From contig JBBIIG010000002.1 of the NCBI GenBank assembly GCA_037446635.1, forward strand, positions 128,001-192,000: a stretch of 64,000 bases of DNA, written 5' to 3'. The stretch's first letter is position 1. Every line of letters starts with the position of its first letter. A program made the position numbers and the translations under genes. The notes under the pieces were generated by a model. It made no database searches. It was not told the DNA's origin and saw only the letters and a program-made list of their open reading frames with translations. Shown here in pieces: positions 30,235-41,088 of the stretch. The stretch comes from a bacterium (GTDB taxonomy: Bacteria; Zhuqueibacterota; Zhuqueibacteria; Oceanimicrobiales; Oceanimicrobiaceae).

Positions 30235-33195
30235 TTAATTCGCCAGGGTTAGCGCCTTATCCAGCTCGATCGCCACATCTGGCGGAGAGACCGGATCCAG
30301 CGAGAGCAGATAACTGGACGACGCCGCGCGCTTGTTCTCCACAAACGGCCGCACCTGAAATAACCAGATGTGCCCGTCTTTGAAGCCGAGCTCCACATCC
30401 CACGGACCTTGAGACTCGATTCCCGGCTGCTTACTCAGCGTCTCTTTGATGAGCGCGGCCAGCGCCCGAAGCTGGTAGAGATCGCCCTCTTTGAGAATGG
30501 GCTGATGGAAGTGGGCGAAGGCTTTTTGCGTGCCGCCGGTTTTCGGAACAATCAGGTATTTGTTTTCGCGCGCCGGTGTCAACAGCAAGTTCTGGCCGTT
30601 GCTTCGCAGCAGGTAGGACTCCGCTTTTTGACCTTCCACCGCGCCGCCGACGCCGCGGTTGAACGCCACGGTCACGTCGTCCAAGTTGCCGGTGTGCGGA
30701 TCGCTGGTGATCAACACGCCGGATTTATCGTTGTTCACCGACGGCAAAATAAGAATGGAAGGATAAACATTTTCTGGATTAAGAAGAAATTTCTGCCGCC
30801 AGCGATAGCTGCGTTCGGAATAGGGCGAGGCCCACACATCGCGGATGCCCTGCAGAATTTTTTCCCGATCCACGACATTAAAAACTGTCAAATTTAACCC
30901 GGCGCCGGTGAAGTCTTTCAAATCCTCCATATTGGTATCGCTGCGAATGAACACTGGCAGCTCGCCCATTTTGGCTCCAAGAATTTCGATGAAGGCCTTC
31001 TCCAGCTTCTCTAAAAAATTATCGAAAAAAGCTATTTTTTTGATGGCCGCCGAAAGCTGGGCGAGCCGTTCCAACGTGTAGCTTTCAATTTCTTCTTCGC
31101 TGGCGCCGGCGGCGCGTTTGGCGCTGGCTTCGGTAAACGTTTCCTGCAAGAACTGCCAGTAGCTGCCGTCGCTGCCGGGCATGGCCTGCTGCAAATGCTG
31201 GCGGAAGACGCCAAAAGGAATCACGAAGCCTTCCACGACGTTGCTGGGAAACATGTGCTTGAGCTGGCCGAGATTGGCGGCTTTGGGGCCGCAGGTCTTG
31301 CCGGAATCGCTGGCGCGCAAGTCTCGCAGATTGATGAGATCCATCTTTTTTAAGTTAATTTTCTGCGTCGGCACCGTGATGCGATCCTCGCTGCGCTGAG
31401 CCACGGCCACCAGCGCGCGCTCTTCGTCCGTCATCTCGGACTCGGGCTTCATGATTACCGCGCCGCGGCGAGAGACGGCGTAAAAAACTTTCTGCCCGGC
31501 AAACGGCTTGAGCTCGTTAAGATTTTGTTGGGTGGTGCTGGCGTTCGGAATTCCTAAGTTGCGGGCAAGCAGTTGCACGTGCGAAACCAGGTTTCCTTCC
31601 GAGACCGTAACAATGCCCGCCACCGGCTTCATATCGGCGGGCGCCCGCTGCATCACATAAATTTTCGAGGCGCTGAGGGCGACGCCTTCCGGCGCGCCGG
31701 TGATGATCTCCAACTCGCCAAACGCGAAGCCGGGGTTGAGGCCGCGCACCTGATGTTGGCTGGGGACGCCCATCACAAAATTAGAAACCTGGCAGAGGCT
31801 CTCGGCGATCTGCTGCAGCTCCCAGGCGGTCTCGCCCAACGGCAGCAGCGCCGAACTGCGCACCCGGTCGTCGATAAACCCGGCCGCCAGCGGCTCGAAA
31901 TTCAAAAACAGCTCCACCACGGGCTCGTAAACCGAGCGCGCCATGCTGGTGCCCCACTCCACGACGCGGCGGGCGTACTGCGCGCGCTCGAGATATGTCT
32001 CAAACGCCAGCTCCGTCTCCGCCGCCTCGATTCGCAGATACGGCTCGATGGTCTGCCACTCCCAAATTTCGAGGAATCCGCTGCCGGCCGCAGCCTGCGC
32101 CAGCACGTAACTCTTCTCAAACAACTCGCGGACGGATTGCGGCTGCCAATTTGCGATCTCGCGAAACAGCAGGCTTTCAAGCTCATTGGACAAATCCAGC
32201 AGCGGCAGCCGCGCGGCCGCTGGAACCTGCGGCAAATCGACTCGGATGTTCCACATAATTTCGGCGATATCTTTGCATTTGCTGATCAGCAAACTATCGG
32301 CGTGCACGCTGTTCGCGCCGTTCTTAGCGCTATAGGTTTCGATAAACCCCTGCACGCGCTGGGCGATGTCTAAGTCCGGCGGAAGCTGGCGAGTGAAGGT
32401 CTTCAGGATCTGCAGATTAATCGGTTGATACGCCAACTCTAATTCCTTTTGCAGCTTTTCCAGCAGCTCGGACATGTGTGGCGGCAGGCTGTCGTTTTTG
32501 GCGCGGTACTCTGTCACCCGTTGCAGATCGCTGAATTCGGGCTGGCCGTGCAGCTTGATGCGCAGATCCATAAACGAGGGGAGGGTGTCGGCGATGGTTT
32601 TGGAAAGGGCGCGAATCAGAGTCCAGCGATCTTCGCGCGCCTGGTGGGGGATGTCTTTGCTGGCCTGACGAATCAGAAAAAATTGCTCTGCAATCAAATT
32701 GTCTTTTGCCAAAAGCCAATTCAAAAAATTAGCGCCCCAAGCCTCTTCATCTTCCGCCTGCACCGCGCCGCGGTAGTAGCGCGCGCGGCGGAGGATCCAG
32801 CCGTCGTCGGCGGCCTGCAGAAATTTTTCTATTTGATACTGCTTCATGCGGGAATTGAGATTGGCGGAATCGAGAAAGGCCTCGAAGGGCGTGCCGGCTA
32901 AAATCTGGCCAAGGTGGAGATTATGTTCTTTCGCCAATTGCATCACGCGATCTTTAAGCAGGGCGTGTTGAATCCCGCCGGGCTGCGAGCAGCGCTCCTG
33001 CGCCGGGATGATCGTGCCATCCGGGCAGAACCAGCGAATGGCTTGATACGGCCCGCGCGGGTCTTTTTTGAATTCCTGCACCAGGCGTTTCAGCTCCTCA
33101 AAATCCGGCGTCGGCGCCCCGACCGAAGTTGAGGAAATGAAACCGAGCAACAACAGCGCGCCCAGGATCGAAATTAATTTCGAGTGGTTATTCAT
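30235..33195 (-). CDS. Signal-peptide-bearing PEP-utiliser/dikinase-family protein (His-swivel plus C-terminal ATP-grasp)
   Basis: Start MNNHSK after GGAG; SHVQLLARNLGIPN; GPKAANLG; IRSDTNMEDLKDFTGAGL; VWAS; DVELG...LFQVRP. Confidence 0.85.
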   Translation of the reverse strand: MNNHSKLISILGALLLLGFISSTSVGAPTPDFEELKRLVQEFKKDPRGPYQAIRWFCPDGTIIPAQERCSQPGGIQHALLKDRVMQLAKEHNLHLGQILAGTPFEAFLDSANLNSRMKQYQIEKFLQAADDGWILRRARYYRGAVQAEDEEAWGANFLNWLLAKDNLIAEQFFLIRQASKDIPHQAREDRWTLIRALSKTIADTLPSFMDLRIKLHGQPEFSDLQRVTEYRAKNDSLPPHMSELLEKLQKELELAYQPINLQILKTFTRQLPPDLDIAQRVQGFIETYSAKNGANSVHADSLLISKCKDIAEIMWNIRVDLPQVPAAARLPLLDLSNELESLLFREIANWQPQSVRELFEKSYVLAQAAAGSGFLEIWEWQTIEPYLRIEAAETELAFETYLERAQYARRVVEWGTSMARSVYEPVVELFLNFEPLAAGFIDDRVRSSALLPLGETAWELQQIAESLCQVSNFVMGVPSQHQVRGLNPGFAFGELEIITGAPEGVALSASKIYVMQRAPADMKPVAGIVTVSEGNLVSHVQLLARNLGIPNASTTQQNLNELKPFAGQKVFYAVSRRGAVIMKPESEMTDEERALVAVAQRSEDRITVPTQKINLKKMDLINLRDLRASDSGKTCGPKAANLGQLKHMFPSNVVEGFVIPFGVFRQHLQQAMPGSDGSYWQFLQETFTEASAKRAAGASEEEIESYTLERLAQLSAAIKKIAFFDNFLEKLEKAFIEILGAKMGELPVFIRSDTNMEDLKDFTGAGLNLTVFNVVDREKILQGIRDVWASPYSERSYRWRQKFLLNPENVYPSILILPSVNNDKSGVLITSDPHTGNLDDVTVAFNRGVGGAVEGQKAESYLLRSNGQNLLLTPARENKYLIVPKTGGTQKAFAHFHQPILKEGDLYQLRALAALIKETLSKQPGIESQGPWDVELGFKDGHIWLFQVRPFVENKRAASSSYLLSLDPVSPPDVAIELDKALTLAN

Positions 33196-33475
33196 ATCGG
33201 CGACTCCAAAGATTCTGAATTGCATCAAAAATTTACGAATCGTGTCTCAACGAGAAACAGTCCGTAATTTCAAAAGTGAATTGACACATAAAGCTACCAA
33301 CAATTATGCCAGGTGGTCAATTTTTTGCGGGTCTATTTTACATTAAAATCTCCAACAAAGCAACCCTTTTTTGAGATGCCCAGTTCCACGTTTACTAAAC
33401 CCTTTTAGTAAACTTTTGTCGATACACAAAAGTCTTGCATATCAGAAAAACTGCATTTAAATTATTTTCAATTTT

Positions 33476-33634
33476 ATGGAAATCACCGAAGAAAAACTCC
33501 GGCAAATTGCCGCCGAGGCGCAAAAGCAATTGGGGCCTAACGCCAACCCGGCCATGATTAAAAAGGTGGTGAAAGAAGTGGTGCGCCGCCTCAGCGAAGA
33601 GTCCAGCCCGCTGCCATCTCCCTCAAAATATTGA
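33476..33634 (+). CDS. 52-aa small helical protein (not in the ORF track)
   Basis: MEITEEKLRQIAAEAQKQLGPNANPAMIKKVVKEVVRRLSEESSPLPSPSKY*; GC-rich codon usage within AT-rich flanks. Confidence 0.65.
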   Translation: MEITEEKLRQIAAEAQKQLGPNANPAMIKKVVKEVVRRLSEESSPLPSPSKY

Positions 33635-33667
33635 GCCGTAACTCATTAAGCAGGCCAGAATCTTACC

Positions 33668-33696
33668 TTGACTTTATTTTAAAATTATGCTATATT
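33668..33696 (+). promoter_or_regulatory. Sigma70 promoter of secDF
   Basis: TTGACT-17 bp-TATATT with extended TG. Confidence 0.7.
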
Positions 33697-33736
33697 GCGC
33701 ACTGAATTTTCCTGTTTTGGGAGGAATAGCAACTCA

Positions 33737-35806
33737 ATGCGAAGAAAAAATTTGTTCAAAACTCTGATTGTGCTGGCGGTGATCGCGGGGTCGATTATCG
33801 TTTTGTACCCAACTTATGAAGTCAATCAACTGAAAAAGAAAGCGGAAATTCACTACAAGGCCGTAGAGGAAAATACCACCCTCAGCCGCAACGATATCCG
33901 GGCGGCGCTCAATTCCGCCAACCTGCAATTGCTGGTGCGCAACCATTTCACCGGTGCGAACGGCAACAGCCTCGACGCCATCATCGCCTCCGACGTCCAG
34001 CCGCTCATCGAACTGGATCACAAAATCAAGCTCAATGAACCCAAAGCCATCCCGCTGGGCCTCGATCTGCAGGGCGGCACCTATCTGGTTTACGAAGTTG
34101 ACATGCCGCAATTGCTGCACAGCCTGGCGAAAACCAAAGACAGCGACTTTGAAGACGCCATTCGCCAAATCCAAACTCGGGTGCAAACCACCAACGAAGA
34201 TTTTTTTGAAGTTCTACCGGAGGTCTTTGCTGAACGGAATTTGCGCCTCAACCGCTATTTCGGCGGCAGCCGCGACCCCGACGACAAAATCCTCGACGGC
34301 CTCAAGACCGAGGCCGAGGACGCTGTCAACCGCACCCTCGAGGTGCTGCGCAATCGCATCGACCAGTTTGGCGTCTCCGAGCCCTCCATCACTAAACAAG
34401 GGACGCACCGCATCGTGATTGAGTTGGCCGGCATTCAGGACGTCGATCGCGCCAAGCGCATCATCGGCACCACCGCGCTGCTGGAATTTCAATTGGAGAT
34501 CGAACCCGAGAAAGCTTCCGCCATTCGCAGCGCCATCAACCGCGTCTGGAAACGCCGGCTCGATAAATTGGCCGGCTTGAGCGCCGACACTTCAACGCAA
34601 ATGGATACCTCGACCATCAAAGAAAAAGTGCGCGAAGAAACCGAGGTGAGCCTGCGGGATATTTTCGGCGAGGCGGCCATCAAAGAGGAACGAACCGACA
34701 ATAAAACCGCTGCCGCTGACTCCGACACCACGGCGCTGATTGACGAAGAAATTTTTCAGGAGCGCCCATTCGATGCCTTGCTGGCGAACCTCGGCGGCGA
34801 AATGGCGGTCCCCATCCAAAATCGTCTCGCGGTGGAAAATATCTTGAATTCGCCGGAGGTGCAAGCGGTCATCCCCAAAGATACCGAAATTCTTTTTTCC
34901 AACCGCCCCGAGCGCTCGGGCGATCAGGAATACTACCTTCTTTATATGCTTAAAAAAGAGCCGGAGCTGATTGGCGCGATGATCGCCGACGCCCGCCCTA
35001 ACATCGGCTCGGAATTGCAGGCCGGGCGCTGGATCGTCAACATGGAGCTCACTGCCGAAGGCGCGCGCATTTTCTCGCGGGTGACCGGCGCCAACATCAA
35101 CAAGCGGCTGGGCATTGTGCTCGACGGCCGGGTGGTTTCCATCCCAAATATTCAGGAAAAAATTCCCTCCGGGCGCGCCCAGATCACCGGCATGGCCAAT
35201 GATAAAGAGGCCAAAGACCTGGCCATCGTTTTGCGCGCCGGCGCGCTGCCTGCGCCGGTGGAAGTCATCGAGGAGCGCACCGTCGGCCCGTCTTTAGGGC
35301 AGGATTCTATTAATAAAGGAACGTACTCGGCGATGATCGGAATGGCGCTGGTCGCGGTGTTTATGGTTTTATACTATCGGCTCTCGGGTCTGCTGGCGAA
35401 CCTGGCGCTGATTTTGAACTTGGTCATTCTGATGGCGGTGCTGGCAGGCTTTCATGCCACCCTTACCTTGCCCGGCGTGGCCGGCATCATTTTGACCATC
35501 GGCATGGCGGTGGATGCCAACGTGCTGATTTTCGAGCGCATCCGCGAAGAGCTGCGCAGCGGCAAAACCATCCGCGCCGCCATCGACAGCGGTTACAGCC
35601 GCGCCTTCCGCACCATTTTGGACGCCAACGTCACCACCCTGCTTACCGCGGTGGTGCTCTATCAATTCGGCACCGGCCCCATTCGCGGCTTCGCCCTCAC
35701 CCTTTCCATCGGCATCGTGGTCAGCATGTTCACCGCGATTTTGGTCACCCGCATCATTTTTGATTACGTGATCGATAAGTTTGCCGTCACTAAATTAAGC
35801 ATTTAA
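33737..35806 (+). CDS. secD: Protein translocase subunit SecD
   Basis: LGLDLQGG, RIDQFGVSEP, LRAGALPAP, VGPSLG and GMAVDANVLIFER motifs; start MRRKN after GAGG. Confidence 0.97.
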   Translation: MRRKNLFKTLIVLAVIAGSIIVLYPTYEVNQLKKKAEIHYKAVEENTTLSRNDIRAALNSANLQLLVRNHFTGANGNSLDAIIASDVQPLIELDHKIKLNEPKAIPLGLDLQGGTYLVYEVDMPQLLHSLAKTKDSDFEDAIRQIQTRVQTTNEDFFEVLPEVFAERNLRLNRYFGGSRDPDDKILDGLKTEAEDAVNRTLEVLRNRIDQFGVSEPSITKQGTHRIVIELAGIQDVDRAKRIIGTTALLEFQLEIEPEKASAIRSAINRVWKRRLDKLAGLSADTSTQMDTSTIKEKVREETEVSLRDIFGEAAIKEERTDNKTAAADSDTTALIDEEIFQERPFDALLANLGGEMAVPIQNRLAVENILNSPEVQAVIPKDTEILFSNRPERSGDQEYYLLYMLKKEPELIGAMIADARPNIGSELQAGRWIVNMELTAEGARIFSRVTGANINKRLGIVLDGRVVSIPNIQEKIPSGRAQITGMANDKEAKDLAIVLRAGALPAPVEVIEERTVGPSLGQDSINKGTYSAMIGMALVAVFMVLYYRLSGLLANLALILNLVILMAVLAGFHATLTLPGVAGIILTIGMAVDANVLIFERIREELRSGKTIRAAIDSGYSRAFRTILDANVTTLLTAVVLYQFGTGPIRGFALTLSIGIVVSMFTAILVTRIIFDYVIDKFAVTKLSI

Positions 35807-35818
35807 TTCGGAGACGCC

Positions 35819-36739
35819 ATGCAATTCTTTGCAAACACGAAAATTGATTTTATCGGAAAACGAAAACCCGCCATGTTGTTTTCGCTGGCGCTGATTTTGG
35901 TCAGCATCGTTTCCTTAGTTGCGCAGGGCGGCCCGAAGTATGGCATCGATTTTTTGGGCGGCACCTCCATCGAGCTGAAATTCGAAAAGGATATCTCGGT
36001 CGCGGAGGTTCGTTCGGCTTTGACGCAAGTGGGTTTCGGCAACGCCGAGATCAAAAACTTCGGCTCCGGAAAAGAAATCCTCGTCCGCGTGCAGCAGCAG
36101 GAAACCGGCACCGAGATTTCCGACGCCATCAAAGCGGAAATCTCCAAAGCCTTTCCGGACAACCCCTACACGGTGCAGATGATCGAAAAAGTCGGCCCCA
36201 AAATCGGCGCCGAGCTGCGAAGCGCGGCGGTGTGGGCGGTGCTCATCGCCATGTTCTGCATTTTGATCTACATCAGTTGGCGCTTCGAATTCGTATTTGC
36301 GGTGGGCGCCATCGTGGCGTTGTTTCACGACGTCATCATTACGCTGGGCGTGTTCTCTCTGCTGCGGTTGGAAATTTCTCTCAACGTGATCGCCGCGTTC
36401 CTGACCATCGTCGGCTACTCGCTGAACGACACCATCGTCGTGTTCGATCGCATCCGCGAAAACCTGAAGGTGCTGCGCCGCGAAACCTACGAGAACATCA
36501 TCAACATCAGCATCAATCAAACTTTGAGCCGCACCATCTTGACCAGCGGCACCACCCTGATCGTAGTGTTGGTGCTCTACCTTTTCGGCGGTGAAGTGAT
36601 TCACAATTTCGCCTTTGGGCTGTTGATCGGCATCGGCGTCGGCACTTACAGCTCCATCTTTGTGGCCAGCCCGATTTTAGTTGAATGGGAAAAACAGCGG
36701 CAGTTGAAAAAAAGCAAAGCCGTTCTCAAACACGCATAA
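35819..36739 (+). CDS. secF: Protein translocase subunit SecF
   Basis: GIDFLGG, VGPKIG, HDV and GYSLNDTIVVFDRIRE motifs. Confidence 0.97.
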   Translation: MQFFANTKIDFIGKRKPAMLFSLALILVSIVSLVAQGGPKYGIDFLGGTSIELKFEKDISVAEVRSALTQVGFGNAEIKNFGSGKEILVRVQQQETGTEISDAIKAEISKAFPDNPYTVQMIEKVGPKIGAELRSAAVWAVLIAMFCILIYISWRFEFVFAVGAIVALFHDVIITLGVFSLLRLEISLNVIAAFLTIVGYSLNDTIVVFDRIRENLKVLRRETYENIINISINQTLSRTILTSGTTLIVVLVLYLFGGEVIHNFAFGLLIGIGVGTYSSIFVASPILVEWEKQRQLKKSKAVLKHA

Positions 36740-36860
36740 TCTTTTGATTTTCGAATTGCGAAACAAACTGAGTTCAAAAAAACGAGATTAGAATTTTGGC
36801 ATTATTCCCATTTTGTATTTTTCTGGAAATCTGCTCAACCTACTTTGAGGAGGTTAGGTT

Positions 36861-38554
<1,694 letters not shown>

Positions 38555-38628
38555 AAATCAGCCCGCGCAGCGAGCGTATTTTTACATTATCATCGCGCAA
38601 AAATACGCGGCGCTGATTTTGCCCTCCG

Positions 38629-39123
38629 TTAAAATAAAGTCGGCGGTTCCTCGAGGCCGGGATTGGGATCATCCGGTAGATTCGGTTGGTTGGCGGCAAG
38701 ATTGGCGAGGTAGTCGCAGCGCTCGTTTTCGGGCGTGCCCACGTGCCCGCGCGTCCATTTGAATTCCACCTGGTGCTGTTCGCACAACTTCAGCAACTGT
38801 TTCCACAAATCAACGTTCAGGGCGTATTCTTTTTTGTTGCGCTTCCAGCCGCTGGCCTGCCAACGGCGCGCCCAGCCCTGTGTCATGCTTTCAACTAAAT
38901 ATTGTGAATCGCTGTAGAGCGTAACGCGGCACGGCTTCTTCAGCGCCTCCAATCCTTTGATGGCCGCCATCAGTTCCATGCGATTGTTGGTGGTGTTGTT
39001 GAAGCCGCCGGAAATTTCTTTGCGCTGGTCACCGGAAATCAAAATTGCGGCATAGCCGCCGGGGCCGGGGTTGCCTAGGCAAGCGCCGTCGGTGTAAATG
39101 GTTACGGATTTGAGCTGGTTCAT
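38629..39123 (-). CDS. rnhA: Ribonuclease HI
   Basis: [31 protein letters not shown] and NERCD motifs. Confidence 0.95.
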   Translation of the reverse strand: MNQLKSVTIYTDGACLGNPGPGGYAAILISGDQRKEISGGFNNTTNNRMELMAAIKGLEALKKPCRVTLYSDSQYLVESMTQGWARRWQASGWKRNKKEYALNVDLWKQLLKLCEQHQVEFKWTRGHVGTPENERCDYLANLAANQPNLPDDPNPGLEEPPTLF

Positions 39124-39135
39124 TCTTTTTTCAAA

Positions 39136-39213
39136 AAGTGCCACGCACTTCAAAAGTGCGTGGCACTTCCATTTATACTATGTGCCAGGCACTTTTGGAA
39201 GTGCCTGGCACTT
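39136..39213. repeat. Tandem pair of REP-like palindromes
   Basis: AAGTGCCACGCACTT-caa-AAGTGCGTGGCACTT and GTGCCAGGCACTT-ttgg-AAGTGCCTGGCAC. Confidence 0.8.
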
Positions 39214-39223
39214 TAGCTCCAAT

Positions 39224-39736
39224 TCATCCACCGCGGATAAGTTTTGTCAGCGCCGGCTCGATTCCCAGCAGTCGCTCATACAAGCAGAGCTGCCCGCGAT
39301 GGTACATCTCCTGCGCGATGCCGTGATGGAGCCATGCCAGCCGGGTGCCGGGCTGGCCATCGAAGCGGGTGATGAATTGCAGCATGTGCAGCTCGCCGGC
39401 CGCGCGGAATTTTTTGACGCCATCCTGCAATTGCGATTTCAGCAGCTTTAGCAATTCCGCTTTCGAGTGAGCGCGATAGGCTTCGGCGGCGTACATTTGC
39501 AAAAGCTTCGGCCACTCGGCGCGCTGGAAGTTGGTGTCGGCGCGGGTGAGCTCGCCGGTCATCATCATCGCCACCTCCAGGATGTGCACCACCTGCTCTT
39601 TCACGCTGCGCATTTCCGGCGCGGGACGGAAATCAAATTGGTTGGCCGGAATGTTTTTCACTTCCGCAATCACGCCGCGGCGCGCATCTTCCCAGGCTTC
39701 GAGGGTTTCGTCTAAAATAGACTTGTAAGCTATCAT
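39224..39736 (-). CDS. DinB/YfiT-family protein
   Basis: FDFRPAPEMRS...H and EMYHRGQL motifs. Confidence 0.85.
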   Translation of the reverse strand: MIAYKSILDETLEAWEDARRGVIAEVKNIPANQFDFRPAPEMRSVKEQVVHILEVAMMMTGELTRADTNFQRAEWPKLLQMYAAEAYRAHSKAELLKLLKSQLQDGVKKFRAAGELHMLQFITRFDGQPGTRLAWLHHGIAQEMYHRGQLCLYERLLGIEPALTKLIRGG

Positions 39737-39755
39737 TAGGATTCCTTTTCAGGGT

Positions 39756-39819
39756 GGATTGATGGATTATTGGATCGATGTAGTTTCATTGATCTATTAA
39801 TCCAACATTCCATCAATCC
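39756..39819. repeat. Inverted degenerate octamer array
   Basis: GGATTGAT GGATTATT GGATCGAT ... ATCCAACA TTCCATCA ATCC. Confidence 0.6.
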
Positions 39820-39850
39820 GCAGTCCAAGAAAATATAAGTGGGGTTAGGG

Positions 39851-40801
39851 TCAATCAAGCGGGATGCGGCTTTTATTCACCGCCAGCCACTGTTCAAACG
39901 TTTGCAGTTCCGGGTTGAGCGCGCGCGCTTCGTCCAGGTTGCGGATGCCGCAGTAATAATCATTGAAATCGCGCTTGAACTGGAACATATTGCCGAGGTC
40001 ATCGGCGCCGGGAAAACCGAAGCTGCGGTAGGCCTCCGGCGTTACCGCGTTGTAGCGCACTTCCTGGCCGAGCGCTTTGGTCAGTGCGGCGGCCATCTGT
40101 GCGCCGGTCAAATGCTCGCCGGCAATGCCAACGGTTTTGCCAATGTATTGACTGCCTTTCTTGAAAATGCCGTAAGCGCATTTGCCGATGTCCTCAGCCG
40201 CAATGCTGGGCAGTTTCTTATCGTCCATCGGAAAGGTGATGGCGAGTTTGCCATCCGGGCCTCTTTTGGGGCCAGAGCCAAAAAAAATAAAATTGTCCCA
40301 ATAAAACGAGGTCAAGAGGAAGGTAGTGGGGACGCCGTGATCGCGGAAAATTTGATCGGCTTCGCCTTTGCCATCGAAGTGCGGCACTTTGTATTTGCCC
40401 TGCAGGGTGGGCATGCGATTGTCGTCGAGCGGCACCCACTTGCGGGTGTCTTCGAGGGTGGACCAGATGACGTGCTTTAGGCCGGCGTGCTTCGCGGCTT
40501 CGGCCATGTTTTTGACCTCAGCAATTTCTTTTTCGGGCGAAAAGTGCGCCCAGAAGAATGTAACGCAAAACGCGCCGTATGCGCCCTTGAAAGCACGCTT
40601 CAAGCTTTCCACGTCATCAACATCCGCAGCGACCACCTCGGCGCCCAATTTCGCCAGCGCTTTGGCTTTGTCGGAGTTGACGTCGCGAGTGATAGCGCGC
40701 GCCGTGAACTCGCTGTTTTTGTCGCTCATGATCGCGCGCACCAAACCGCCGCCCTGAGCGCCCGTGGCGCCTAAAACTGCGATGATTTTCTTGTTTGCCA
40801 T
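39851..40801 (-). CDS. NmrA/HSCARG-family NAD(P)-binding protein
   Basis: GATGAQGG, VPHFDGK and EDIGK motifs. Confidence 0.9.
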   Translation of the reverse strand: MANKKIIAVLGATGAQGGGLVRAIMSDKNSEFTARAITRDVNSDKAKALAKLGAEVVAADVDDVESLKRAFKGAYGAFCVTFFWAHFSPEKEIAEVKNMAEAAKHAGLKHVIWSTLEDTRKWVPLDDNRMPTLQGKYKVPHFDGKGEADQIFRDHGVPTTFLLTSFYWDNFIFFGSGPKRGPDGKLAITFPMDDKKLPSIAAEDIGKCAYGIFKKGSQYIGKTVGIAGEHLTGAQMAAALTKALGQEVRYNAVTPEAYRSFGFPGADDLGNMFQFKRDFNDYYCGIRNLDEARALNPELQTFEQWLAVNKSRIPLD

Positions 40802-40982
40802 AGAAACCCTCCTTCCAAAGAGTGATGTAACCCGGTTTGGTCCCCAAAATAGAAAAGCTCACGCAAAGATGCATAGATTTTTCTTGCGAACCTTCGTGTC
40901 ACAGCGGTTTTATCTAAAATTAATTTAATAACTTCTATTAATCGAAACAAGCAGCTTGACGATTTTCCTTAAAAAAATCTTA

Positions 40983-41011
40983 TTGACTTCCGTTCCCCGA
41001 TTTGCTATATC
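40983..41011 (+). promoter_or_regulatory. Sigma70 promoter of the second AGCS gene
   Basis: TTGACT-17 bp-TATATC with extended TG. Confidence 0.55.
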
Positions 41012-41088
41012 CCCTTCAATCTTTCCACTAAAAACCAATCATTATTGTAATGAGCGCATGAATGCGTTACTACGAAAGAGGGAGGCAC

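Noticed and set aside
30235..33195. Calling this gene ppsA, ppdK or rifampicin phosphotransferase
   Set aside because: Domain order differs, the pyruvate-binding barrel is absent and a signal peptide is present
39136..39213. Possible CRISPR mini-array
   Set aside because: Only two non-identical palindromes 13 bp apart; no spacers of CRISPR length and no cas genes
40950..41088. Glycine riboswitch upstream of the AGCS genes
   Set aside because: The leader is short and I could not recognise the conserved aptamer elements here or at 22807-22881
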